A stretch of DNA of 64,000 nt, taken from the sequence record NC_061444.1; one strand, 5' to 3'. Made by a program: the position numbers and the translations under genes. This document shows positions 44,637 to 53,719 of this stretch, one piece after another (within the stretch, counting starts at the first letter, position 1; each line of letters starts with the position of its first letter). The notes beneath the pieces are model-generated. The model made no database searches, was not told the origin of the DNA, and saw nothing but the letters and a program-made list of their open reading frames with translations.

Positions 44637-45872
44637 ATGTCAAACGCAAATGCAAACCTGTTGAATGCCCGTGTTCGTCGTCTGGACGGTACTATCACTT
44701 TCATCAACAAAGTGAACGCTAATGGTTATAGCACCGACGCGAAAGGTCCGCAAATTCCAGTTAGGCGTATCGTGCTTGCGGGCAAAACGCTGAAAGAGAT
44801 TGAAGCGCCGTTAGCGAAAGCTGAACACGTTCTGATTGACGGTATCACTGTGAAACTGAACAAGCGCCAGCAGAAAGACTTGCTCAACGACGAGATCGAC
44901 CTCGACACGATCAAGCCAGACTTTAGCTCTCTGGTGTATATTGACCCTGAGACAGGCAAGCCTGCTGCTGTGAAAGCTGCGAAGCAGAAAGGCGGTGTGA
45001 AAGCGACACGCGAACGCAACAAAGACACTCGCTCTAAGAAAGAGCGTAAAGCAGAAGTCGCCGCGTCTAAAGACGAAATCGACATGCTGCCGTCTGATAA
45101 AGTTGATCGCAAAGCTGAACTGGCGGGCATCATCGACGCAACCATCGCCGACGCGACTACGAAAGACCGTCGCAAGATGTTGAGCGAAGCGTTTGACATG
45201 GACTGGAAAGATGTGAAGAAGCATGGCGGTAAGGGTGTGATTAAGCACATGGGACGCAAAGCTGCACAATCTGCCATGAACAAACTGAACGCGACCGTGA
45301 CGCAAGACACGTTCATCAAGCAGATGCCTATCGCGCTGAAACGTCTGATTCAAGACGGTGCGTTGACGCTGAACAAAGCGCAGATTGAGCGCGTACTGAG
45401 TGCGCTTGACCTCGACGTGAAATTCTACGACGTTGCGATGCAAACGCTGCTGGGTAATCTCAAGCTGTCACTCGACAAATCTATTGAGAACCCGAAAGTG
45501 AAAGAGAAGAAAGCGAAGCGCAAACTTGCTGTGCCGACCTACGCTTCTGAGAAAGAACAGACCAAGCGTGTGCGCAAAATGACTATCAAACTCATTAAGC
45601 CGCCTAAGAAAGAAATGGCCGCAGCGAAAGCGCACATAAAAGAATCGAAAGCAATCATCGCCAAGAAGCTGGGCATTGCACCTGCTGATGTGAAGCGTGG
45701 TCTGCTCTGCTATAAACCGAACGGTGTTGAACTGATGTTCGTCGCGTGTGACATGACCGGCCCTGTCTTCATCGAGAAAGACGGTAGCGAATGCGTAATG
45801 GCACATGCCAACGTGCAAGACACCTTCAACCTGACCTTGGGTACTAACTCTGAACTGGATGCTGCTGTATGA
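44637..45872 (+). CDS. Lys-rich paralog of 42949-44550 (411 aa)
   Basis: GAGGA SD; shared N-terminal L.GT...I....A.GY........I..R.....G....EIE and one C-terminal module. Confidence 0.9.
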   Translation: MSNANANLLNARVRRLDGTITFINKVNANGYSTDAKGPQIPVRRIVLAGKTLKEIEAPLAKAEHVLIDGITVKLNKRQQKDLLNDEIDLDTIKPDFSSLVYIDPETGKPAAVKAAKQKGGVKATRERNKDTRSKKERKAEVAASKDEIDMLPSDKVDRKAELAGIIDATIADATTKDRRKMLSEAFDMDWKDVKKHGGKGVIKHMGRKAAQSAMNKLNATVTQDTFIKQMPIALKRLIQDGALTLNKAQIERVLSALDLDVKFYDVAMQTLLGNLKLSLDKSIENPKVKEKKAKRKLAVPTYASEKEQTKRVRKMTIKLIKPPKKEMAAAKAHIKESKAIIAKKLGIAPADVKRGLLCYKPNGVELMFVACDMTGPVFIEKDGSECVMAHANVQDTFNLTLGTNSELDAAV

Positions 45873-46252
45873 CAAATAACGAAATCCTTTTGTCAGGCAT
45901 GTTTGCTCAACTCTACGCGCGGCTGTTAACAGCCGCAGTATTGAAGACCCACGTGTTCTACTCTGACTTAGCGCCGATTGTGTTCGGCGTTCAACTGTCT
46001 GTGATTAGTAGTGCGCAGTACGATGCGCTGTGGGGATTAGTGCGCGAAACCATGCGTGTCGATATATCGCATGGCAGACCACCGCTTGCTGCACTGTATG
46101 TATCACGGGCCACCGATAGTAAACTGCCCGCTAAGAAATTCTTTCGTGAGTACCACAAGCTCACGGGCAAGCATTTGTCAGAAACTGAATGGCAAGCACT
46201 CGTCGAAAATGTGTGGAACAGCTATGCACCAAATCTTCGGGAGCCATCATGA
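45869..46252 (+). CDS. putative winged-helix (ATL/MGMT-like) DNA-binding protein
   Basis: VFYSDLA...RPPLAALYV....LP.K.FF pattern. Confidence 0.5.
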   Translation: MTNNEILLSGMFAQLYARLLTAAVLKTHVFYSDLAPIVFGVQLSVISSAQYDALWGLVRETMRVDISHGRPPLAALYVSRATDSKLPAKKFFREYHKLTGKHLSETEWQALVENVWNSYAPNLREPS

Positions 46253-46710
46253 AAAAGTCAAAAGTAGTAATTAGTCGCGGCGGCTACAGGCCGTCATCGC
46301 AAGAAGAAGCACAAAAGCTGATAGCTGAATTTATTCTTGGTACTATCGGCGTTGACCCTACTGTTATCAGTCAGCAAATGCTGTTGAACATTGCTAACTA
46401 TAATTACCTGACGTCTATCGCAGACACTGGCAAAGCAAATGCAGCGAACCAAGCTGCGTTGCACAAAACTGTAAAAGAACTTAATGCGTTCTGTAGAATG
46501 CACAAGATATCGCTGGGTTTACTAATTATGCCCCATACTTCTGCTAGTGATTATGCTGGCGACGAGGTTGTAGCGATTCCTTGGGAGCATGTGCAGAAAA
46601 ACGCATTGAGCCAGTCGGCCATCGACTCCCTGTTCAAAACAGTTGAAGCAGATGGTTACCCGCAGTTTGTGACTGATGCGAAAACAGTAGAGGGATACAA
46701 TGTTTTATGA
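46249..46710 (+). CDS. hypothetical protein (153 aa)
   Basis: GGGAG SD; ATGA overlap. Confidence 0.8.
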   Translation: MKKSKVVISRGGYRPSSQEEAQKLIAEFILGTIGVDPTVISQQMLLNIANYNYLTSIADTGKANAANQAALHKTVKELNAFCRMHKISLGLLIMPHTSASDYAGDEVVAIPWEHVQKNALSQSAIDSLFKTVEADGYPQFVTDAKTVEGYNVL

Positions 46711-47980
46711 TCATGTATTCAGCCACGACGAGAAGCAATTGCTCTTGTCAGTGGCTGAGTCTAAATATTTGGTGAGACTTGACTGCCCCGATTATTTGAA
46801 GAAGTCTAAACACGCGATTGAGATTCGCCACACTGTGACGAACCGTGGTGAGCAACGTCGTACTGGTACGATAACAACTGCGTTCGTACCGCGTATTCAT
46901 TCTGCGACTGTGCAGCGCCTTGTGCGTGATGTGCGTGACTCTGCAACAAAGAGTTCGTCTGACAGTCTCGCTGCGTTGTTTGAGCTTGGCCTTGGTGTGC
47001 CGAAGCAACACGATATCGCAGTGTACCTGAAAGACTACTCGCGTGAGAACGATAAGAAGGGTGTGGGTATCAAGTATATCCGCAAACTGATTAACGAATA
47101 TCACCGCAAGCATCGTCATAGCTTCGCCGGTAGTCGCTGGCTGATGCCCGCTGCGTACACTGCGAACATGCTCAACATGCAATCTTTCATTCATCTGAAA
47201 GAAGACGGCTACTCGAAGAAACTGAAAGTTCCTGAAGGTGTGCCTGTCGTGTTCATCTACCAGAACACGAATCATGAAAAAGCAACGTTCACGATGTGCG
47301 ACGCATTCATGATAAGCCCGCTCGGTTATCCGATGCCGTTTGCGCAGGTAGCGTTACGACCTGAGTTCAAAGCTGCACCGAAAGAGTTCAAGTCGAAAGC
47401 GCTGCGTGGCAAAAGCATGTACGCTATGGTCATGGGCATTGTCTACTGGGAAGAAGGAAGTGCAATTGACAACTTCCGTGAGTTGCAAGCAATCGACGAC
47501 GACCCGTATCTGACGCTGCTTAGTGACGAGAAGTACGCAGACCGCCGCTCACCTGAGTATCAAGAGCTGCTGGACAAACGTGCTGAACTGAACGAGCGAG
47601 CGAAACACTGGAACGAGATCGTATCGAAGTATGGCAAGACAACGCGCACTCTCAAACCCGAACAAGCGGAGAAGTTAGAGAAAGCTGAGGCGTTCTTCAA
47701 AGAGCGCAAAGAGTTCATGGACGACTTCGACAAGTTCGAAAAGAAAGAAAACCACAAAGCTGCGAAGAAGTTCGCTGCTGCGAAAGCGCTGTTTGCTGCT
47801 GTCGATTGTGGCACTATCATGGACCGCACCACGTACATGTCAGTGTCGTCTGGGCTTGACGATGTGAATAAGATACTCACTACGTGGGGATTCACGACCG
47901 TCAATACTGTTAATGCTAGTTTGAAGAAGTCTATCCTTACATACGACCGTAAAAACGCAAGCCGCGTCTGGTCTCTGTAA
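46700..47980 (+). CDS. hypothetical basic protein (426 aa)
   Basis: GAGGG SD; long ORF. Confidence 0.9.
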   Translation: MFYDHVFSHDEKQLLLSVAESKYLVRLDCPDYLKKSKHAIEIRHTVTNRGEQRRTGTITTAFVPRIHSATVQRLVRDVRDSATKSSSDSLAALFELGLGVPKQHDIAVYLKDYSRENDKKGVGIKYIRKLINEYHRKHRHSFAGSRWLMPAAYTANMLNMQSFIHLKEDGYSKKLKVPEGVPVVFIYQNTNHEKATFTMCDAFMISPLGYPMPFAQVALRPEFKAAPKEFKSKALRGKSMYAMVMGIVYWEEGSAIDNFRELQAIDDDPYLTLLSDEKYADRRSPEYQELLDKRAELNERAKHWNEIVSKYGKTTRTLKPEQAEKLEKAEAFFKERKEFMDDFDKFEKKENHKAAKKFAAAKALFAAVDCGTIMDRTTYMSVSSGLDDVNKILTTWGFTTVNTVNASLKKSILTYDRKNASRVWSL

Positions 47981-48007
47981 ACCACTTATCTGAGGAGATA
48001 ACGCAAA

Positions 48008-51000
48008 ATGTCAAATAACAATCTGGGCGCTGCATCATCATTTGGTTCCGAAACACAAAAGCAGATCAGCGACGAACAGCGTCGTGCTAATTCTGCCGAA
48101 AGCGGTCGTGTGAACAAATGCACAATCGTCGTCCTGACTTCACTGAATGCTCATGGTCGCTTCTCGTATATGAGCGCCGACGAGCAACTGCACGAAAAGC
48201 AGATTGAAGGCAAGGTAATGGATCGTCTGCCGAGCCTGATCGAACGTGCCTCTGGTCAGTCTACCGATCAGAACAGCGCGTACTACATCCTGCACCCTAA
48301 CAACGGTGTGCCGACTCGCATTGACGAGCGCATCAAAGTGGGTGAAGGTGATGCCGTCATCGTTTCATATACTGTAAATAAAGCAGTATCTGAGATGCAC
48401 GGTAGTCTGTCTCTCGCACTGTTTAGTGCAGGCGAAAGCGATCTGTCAGACTTGGCAGCCGAGTTTGGGATTCACTCAATCTCGATTGTTGAAGAAAGCA
48501 AAGCAGGTACTTACATTCAGGCACTCGCCGCTCAGGTGGAAGCTCTGCAAACTGTAAATATCACAAGCATTGATGAAACTGATGGTGCTCTCGATAAAGC
48601 GGTAATTGACTACAGCGCGTTGCCAGCTAACCCTGTTACTGTGCTGTCTGGTGCTGTGCGTACTTTCATCATGCAAACTATTAGCAGCGAGATCGTTGCT
48701 GCAATTCCAAATAACGGAGAACTGAACGTGAAACAACCTACCAACGCAACGCCTGTAAACCTGAGCGAAGACTTCGACGCAGAAGACGAAGTTGTTGATC
48801 AGCAGGAAGCGGGTGACGAAGAAGAAGTTGCGACCGGCACTGACCTGTTCGGCTACAAAGCTGAAACGCTGTCTGTTGAGCAAATGACCGAAGCGCTCGA
48901 AGCGATTGGTTATGATCTGACTGCAATGAACGAAGACGGTATTCGTGAGTCGTTCGACACCGAGCAAGCAATCTGGCTGGAAAAAGGCGATGCCGGTCAG
49001 AGCGACGATGACGCAGAAGACGAAGAAGAAGACGACGAAGAAGAAAGCGAAGGCTTCGACGCTGTTCAATTCCTCGCTTCTGTTCTGGTCTCCGAAGAAC
49101 TGGATCGTACCGGTCTGAAAATTCTTGTTCGCACCCAGGATCTGAAAGTCATGAAGTCTGATACTGTCGAGACTCTGACTGCCAAACTGCTGGAGCTGGT
49201 TGAAGGTGCGACCGAAGAAGAGATGATCGAAACTCTGAACACCTTCGTTGGCGCTCTGCAAGAGCACGAAATCGACTGCCCGAACATGCTGGCAGCTCTG
49301 CCGTCTGATGAAGACGAAGAAGAAGAAGACGACGCCGACGAAGAAGACGGCGAAGAAGAAGAGGACGAAGACGATTCTGAGGAGGAAGATGAAGACTCCG
49401 AAGAAGAGGAAGAGTCCGAAGAAGAAACCGACGAAGTGCAAGACCAGATCGATGCAGTAACTGATCCGCTTGACTACTTCCAGTTCACCGGCGGTGTGCT
49501 GACTGCTGAACAACGTGCCGCCGCTGTTGAAGCGATGGGCGAAGATGTATCTGCAATGTCTATCGTTCAGGTAATGAAAGCGTTCACCCGCATTCAAAGC
49601 CAGACCAGCCCTATCGCTGTTGAAGAAGACACTGACGTGACTTCTAACGAAGACGAACTCCGCGCTCTGCTGTCTCAGTACGACGAAGCGACCGTGCAGC
49701 ACGTAGCTGAAAGCCTGGGCATCCTCGTTGACGAAAGCGAAACTGTTGACGACATGATCGAAGCGATCCTCAACGGTGGTAGCGAAGACGACTTTGCTGC
49801 TGTCGAAGAAATCGCAACTAACTACGGTATCGACCTGTCCGAAGTTGCAGACGGTGAAGACCTGGACTTTGTTGACGCGCTGCTGGCCGTACTCCCTGCG
49901 TTCCTGAACGACGACGAAGTTGCCGATCAGGATGAAGACGAAGAAGAAGACGCCGAAGAGAGCGAAGACGAAGAAGCAGAAGAAGCAGACGTTAGTGCTG
50001 TTGCTGAAAACGATCATCTGAAATTCGTCAAAACTGTTGACACCACCAATCGCGTTGGCCCGATGCTGACTGTCGATATGGACCAGACGCTGATCATCAA
50101 CTTCACTCTGACCGACGGCAACACGTACTCGCCGATTGAAAGCGAACTGTCTGACATTAACGGCTTCAACTACCGCTACCCGTTCAACCTGGGCAAAGCT
50201 GGTAAAGCGCCAGGCGCGATGCACCTGCCAGCGCAGTCTCTGCTGGATATCATTGAGCGCACCAGCACTACGCGCTTCATGGCAGACCCGAAAACGTTCG
50301 ACGTTGCTGCCTGGGCTGAAAGCCTTGAGCAAACTCTTGAAGAAGAAATCTCTGCTTCTCTGTACGCCGGCCGTATCGAAGAAGGCATGGACCCAAGCGA
50401 AGCGGGTCTCGTAGTTGGTGACTTCATCGACGACGAAGAAATGCAGCAAGCGAGCGAGCTGGGTTATCTCGACGAAGATCAGTTCGCAGAAATGCAGGGC
50501 GATCATCTGCCGATTGCAAGCCTGTACAACGCTAAGTCTCGCGTTCGTCCTGTTCAGGTTGACACTGCACACGTTGCGCTGCACACCACTGTGATGAACG
50601 TTGCTGTCCCTGGCTTCTGGGGTGACTCCGATGTTTCTCTGCTGGTGCAAGCCGCTGTTAATCGTGTTATCGCTCTGGCCGGTACCGTTGAAGGTATCAA
50701 AGTGTACGCAGGCTTCACTCTGGAATCCGCAGCACTGCTGAACAACGACCGCCTGTACGATGCACTGACCGCGCTGCGCACTATGGAAGGCGTACAGTCT
50801 TACTCTGCCGCTGACGCTGCAAACTTCGACGATGCCGAAGACGTGATCGAAGTAGCAAGTGCTCTCGACACCCGCGACCTGCCGCTGTCTATTCTGTCTG
50901 GTGGTCTGGCTGCTGCAACGTTCGACAATGGCGGTGACCTGACTGTTCTGGTACTGTGTTCTCCTCAGGAAGAAGAATCCGAAGAGAACGAAGACGAAGA

Positions 51001-51016
51001 CGGCGAAGACGAGTAA
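48008..51016 (+). CDS. very acidic 1002-aa protein with several HeH-like repeats
   Basis: TGAGGAG SD; poly-D/E runs; LSQYDEATVQHVAESLGI...DDMIEAIL and ELDRTGLKILVRTQDL...ETLTAKLL. Confidence 0.92.
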   Translation: MSNNNLGAASSFGSETQKQISDEQRRANSAESGRVNKCTIVVLTSLNAHGRFSYMSADEQLHEKQIEGKVMDRLPSLIERASGQSTDQNSAYYILHPNNGVPTRIDERIKVGEGDAVIVSYTVNKAVSEMHGSLSLALFSAGESDLSDLAAEFGIHSISIVEESKAGTYIQALAAQVEALQTVNITSIDETDGALDKAVIDYSALPANPVTVLSGAVRTFIMQTISSEIVAAIPNNGELNVKQPTNATPVNLSEDFDAEDEVVDQQEAGDEEEVATGTDLFGYKAETLSVEQMTEALEAIGYDLTAMNEDGIRESFDTEQAIWLEKGDAGQSDDDAEDEEEDDEEESEGFDAVQFLASVLVSEELDRTGLKILVRTQDLKVMKSDTVETLTAKLLELVEGATEEEMIETLNTFVGALQEHEIDCPNMLAALPSDEDEEEEDDADEEDGEEEEDEDDSEEEDEDSEEEEESEEETDEVQDQIDAVTDPLDYFQFTGGVLTAEQRAAAVEAMGEDVSAMSIVQVMKAFTRIQSQTSPIAVEEDTDVTSNEDELRALLSQYDEATVQHVAESLGILVDESETVDDMIEAILNGGSEDDFAAVEEIATNYGIDLSEVADGEDLDFVDALLAVLPAFLNDDEVADQDEDEEEDAEESEDEEAEEADVSAVAENDHLKFVKTVDTTNRVGPMLTVDMDQTLIINFTLTDGNTYSPIESELSDINGFNYRYPFNLGKAGKAPGAMHLPAQSLLDIIERTSTTRFMADPKTFDVAAWAESLEQTLEEEISASLYAGRIEEGMDPSEAGLVVGDFIDDEEMQQASELGYLDEDQFAEMQGDHLPIASLYNAKSRVRPVQVDTAHVALHTTVMNVAVPGFWGDSDVSLLVQAAVNRVIALAGTVEGIKVYAGFTLESAALLNNDRLYDALTALRTMEGVQSYSAADAANFDDAEDVIEVASALDTRDLPLSILSGGLAAATFDNGGDLTVLVLCSPQEEESEENEDEDGEDE

Positions 51017-51029
51017 TAACGTCTGATTG

Positions 51030-51056
51030 AGCGGCTCGAAAGGGCCGCTTACTTTT
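51030..51056 (+). terminator. probable terminator
   Basis: AGCGGCTC-GAAA-GGGCCGCT-TACTTTT. Confidence 0.7.
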
Positions 51057-51073
51057 CCTGGGGATCTGTAAAC

Positions 51074-51901
51074 ATGACACAAGAAGTAGACCACGGAGCT
51101 AACATCGCGCAGATGCTTAGTAGCCGTGACGATAAAATTCGTGAGCTTACTGCCGAACTGGCGGAGGCTGTTGGCGATAAGAAAGACGTGGAAAACGTTT
51201 TAGAGAATGAGACACGCAGTAACACTATCCTGCGTGTTGCACTTCAACGTCAAGACCGTCTGCACACCGATACCATTGCTTTACGTGACGAGCGTATCAA
51301 AGAACTTGTTGGATTCTGCAATGAGCAGACACAAGAACTTCGCACCGTGAAAGCTGAACTCGAATCTGTAAAGAGTAAGCACGAAGCAGCGAACCCGCTT
51401 CCGTTTGCTCTGCATATGATAATGTGTGCTGGTGTTAGTCACTACCACAATGTCGTTATGCAACTCGCACACGGTACTGTAAACCGTGAAACGAACAAGG
51501 TTGCTCGCGCACTCGCCGAGCAGAACAAGATTGACACCGTGATTAAACAGCCTTCGCTGTATCGCTCTGTCGCAATGTACTGCTCTGCCATTAACGCAGA
51601 TACACCTAAGGGTGAAACGCTGCGTGAAGCGCTTAAAGCCTACATCGAAGCGAACGTTAACCTGTTCTTGAAAGACCCGCAGTTCGAAGTGTCTCGCACG
51701 ATGTTGAAGCATGTGTGGGAAGCGCATAGGAAAGCGGCTCACATGGGCAGTGGTGCGCGTAACATCTGCTACTCATTCGACTGGCTGCGTGTTGCAGTTG
51801 TCGATGATATCGAAACACTGGAAGAAGACGACGAGTATGAAGAATTATTCTGCGAATCGCTTCTCACGATTTGTTTAGATTTGATTAATCATAGCTTTTA
51901 G
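51074..51901 (+). CDS. coiled-coil hypothetical protein (275 aa)
   Basis: N-terminal heptad pattern. Confidence 0.85.
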   Translation: MTQEVDHGANIAQMLSSRDDKIRELTAELAEAVGDKKDVENVLENETRSNTILRVALQRQDRLHTDTIALRDERIKELVGFCNEQTQELRTVKAELESVKSKHEAANPLPFALHMIMCAGVSHYHNVVMQLAHGTVNRETNKVARALAEQNKIDTVIKQPSLYRSVAMYCSAINADTPKGETLREALKAYIEANVNLFLKDPQFEVSRTMLKHVWEAHRKAAHMGSGARNICYSFDWLRVAVVDDIETLEEDDEYEELFCESLLTICLDLINHSF

Positions 51902-51912
51902 AAATCTGTAAA
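51901..51912 (+). promoter_or_regulatory. GAAATCTGTAAA motif (exact copies at 52585, 52642, 59387); candidate late/middle promoter
   Basis: Exact 12-mer four times, all at gene boundaries; resembles T4 late TATAAATA. Confidence 0.6.
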
Positions 51913-51996
51913 AGTTACCTGTAATCGAAACTGTAAACACTAATTGAAGTTCGAACCGAGCAACTAGCTCACACTTATAAATCCCGGAGCATTACA

Positions 51997-52551
51997 ATGG
52001 CTAAAGCAACAAAGAGCAATTCACTGGTACCTACTCTGGCACAGCGTATCGCTAAGAAATCTGGTTCTATCAGCACCTCTAAAGTTAAGCCTGCTGAACT
52101 GCCGCACGACATCCTGATCGAAAGCGTCCACGCCGTTGAGCTGATTGGTTTTATCACTGACCGCACCGACAACAGCGTAACTATTCGTCACAAACGTGGT
52201 CACGGTTCTTCTGCTCAGATCGTTTCTACTTTCGGTCCGAACCAGATTCTGTCTGTTCTGGGTGAAGCCGGTACGCACGGTAGCGTTACTGCTCTGATCT
52301 CTGCTCCGATTCGTGAGTACAAAGGCTTCACTGTTAAGTACGTTGGTAACTTCATCCACGCTACTTCTGTTGAAACCGGCGAAGTTGTTCAGATCAACAC
52401 CGCGCTGCCAGGGTACACCGTTCGTCCGACCGTGAACGAAACTGCCGCTGCTAAAAAGTACGGCACTGCCGCTCCAGTTAAAGCCAAGAAAGCTGACAAA
52501 GCTGAAAAAGGCGGTAAGCCAGCCAAGCTGGTAAAGAAAGCAAAAAAGTAA
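51997..52551 (+). CDS. basic protein with possible Sm/SH3-like barrel and Lys/Ala tails (184 aa)
   Basis: GGAG SD; high-expression codon bias; ILIESVHAVELIGFITDRTDNSVTI. Confidence 0.85.
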   Translation: MAKATKSNSLVPTLAQRIAKKSGSISTSKVKPAELPHDILIESVHAVELIGFITDRTDNSVTIRHKRGHGSSAQIVSTFGPNQILSVLGEAGTHGSVTALISAPIREYKGFTVKYVGNFIHATSVETGEVVQINTALPGYTVRPTVNETAAAKKYGTAAPVKAKKADKAEKGGKPAKLVKKAKK

Positions 52552-52584
52552 TAAAGTCTGACGAAGACTTTTAACTGACTTTCT

Positions 52585-52653
52585 GAAATCTGTAAATATT
52601 AAGTACGCAGCGAGATAAAATGTTCTCGCTGCCTGTCTCTCGAAATCTGTAAA
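52585..52653 (+). promoter_or_regulatory. two GAAATCTGTAAA motifs upstream of 52701 gene
   Basis: 52585-52596 and 52642-52653. Confidence 0.6.
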
Positions 52654-52700
52654 TCTTAATTGAAGCAACGTCGCTTCTAATCAAACAGGAAAAACAAATC

Positions 52701-53501
52701 ATGGCTAAAGCTGCTAAAGCAACCGTTAACACCGCATCTCTGGTTCTGGCTAAAATGCTGGGTGTCGTAGTAGAGAACGCAACCGACAAAGAAATCGCTG
52801 CGCTGCTCGCATCTGCCGGTCTGACCGTGTCTGGTGGTAAAGTTGTTAAAGCTGACAAAGGCGGTAAAGCTGCTAAAGGCAAAAAGGCCAAAGCACCTAC
52901 CGTCGCTGAAATCGTCGCTGCTGTGAAGGACGAAGAAGAACTGGACATCTCCGGCGTTGACGAAGACACCCTGCGTGAAGCGGTTGTCAAAGCCAAACTG
53001 TCTACCGCCAAGAAAGCTAAAGCGCTGGACGAAGAAGAACTGCGCGAACTGCTGAACGACAACCTGGGCGGCGAGTCCGAAGAGGACGAAGACGACGAAG
53101 AAGAAGAGGACGAAGACGAGGACGAAGAGTCAGAAGACGAAGACGGCGACGACGAAGACGAAGACGACGAAGACTCTGATGATGAAGAAGAGGACGACGA
53201 AGACGACGAAGACGGCGACGACGAAGATGAAGACGACGAAGACGAAGATGAAGACGAGGACGAAGATGAAGACGAGGATGATGAAGACCTCGATCTCGAC
53301 TCCCTCGACGAAGACGAACTTCGCGCTCTGGTAATCGAACACAAGCTGGCCGCCGCTAAAAAGGCGAAGAAAATGGACGAAGATGAACTGCGCGAACTCT
53401 GCGAAGAACACTTCGGTGGTGAAGACGACGAAGACGACGAAGACGAAGACGAAGACGACGAAGACTTCGACGACGAAGACGAAGACGAAGACGACGAGTA
53501 A
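52701..53501 (+). CDS. hyperacidic protein with two HeH-like domains separated by ~70-residue poly-D/E run (266 aa)
   Basis: AGGA SD; ISGVDEDTLREAVVKAKL...LDEEELRELL and LDSLDEDELRALVIEHKL...MDEDELRELC. Confidence 0.9.
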   Translation: MAKAAKATVNTASLVLAKMLGVVVENATDKEIAALLASAGLTVSGGKVVKADKGGKAAKGKKAKAPTVAEIVAAVKDEEELDISGVDEDTLREAVVKAKLSTAKKAKALDEEELRELLNDNLGGESEEDEDDEEEEDEDEDEESEDEDGDDEDEDDEDSDDEEEDDEDDEDGDDEDEDDEDEDEDEDEDEDEDDEDLDLDSLDEDELRALVIEHKLAAAKKAKKMDEDELRELCEEHFGGEDDEDDEDEDEDDEDFDDEDEDEDDE

Positions 53502-53604
53502 TAGCTTCTGATCCGGCGCGCCCCTCTAGTTCTGATGAATGAGCGAGGGGCAAATATTCGATAAAAAAACTTTCGAATATTTTTGTAAAAAGTTTCAAAA
53601 TTTC

Positions 53605-53633
53605 TTGCAGACGTATGTTGATTATAATAATGT
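53605..53633 (+). promoter_or_regulatory. sigma70-like promoter with upstream A/T tracts and flanking inverted repeats
   Basis: TTGCAG-N17-TAATGT (overlapping TATAAT at 53623); A/T tracts 53553-53603. Confidence 0.55.
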
Positions 53634-53719
53634 ACGTCTACAGGAAATCAAACCTGAACAAATTTATCTTTTCATCCAGCGGTGAAAACGCCGCATCAAA
53701 TATAAAGTAAGGATCTACC

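Noticed and set aside
5217-47980. Every CTGTAAA as a late promoter
   Set aside because: Several are Leu-stop (CTG TAA) junctions or in-frame Val-Lys/Asn codons; only the intergenic copies and the 12-mer were retained
48476-51094. 872-aa ORF on the minus strand (also 3011-4600, 43834-44571, 52571-53344 and other long antisense ORFs)
   Set aside because: Shadow frames of GAA/GAC-rich, codon-biased + strand genes; Phe/Val/Ser-rich nonsense composition, and no SD or promoter on the minus strand
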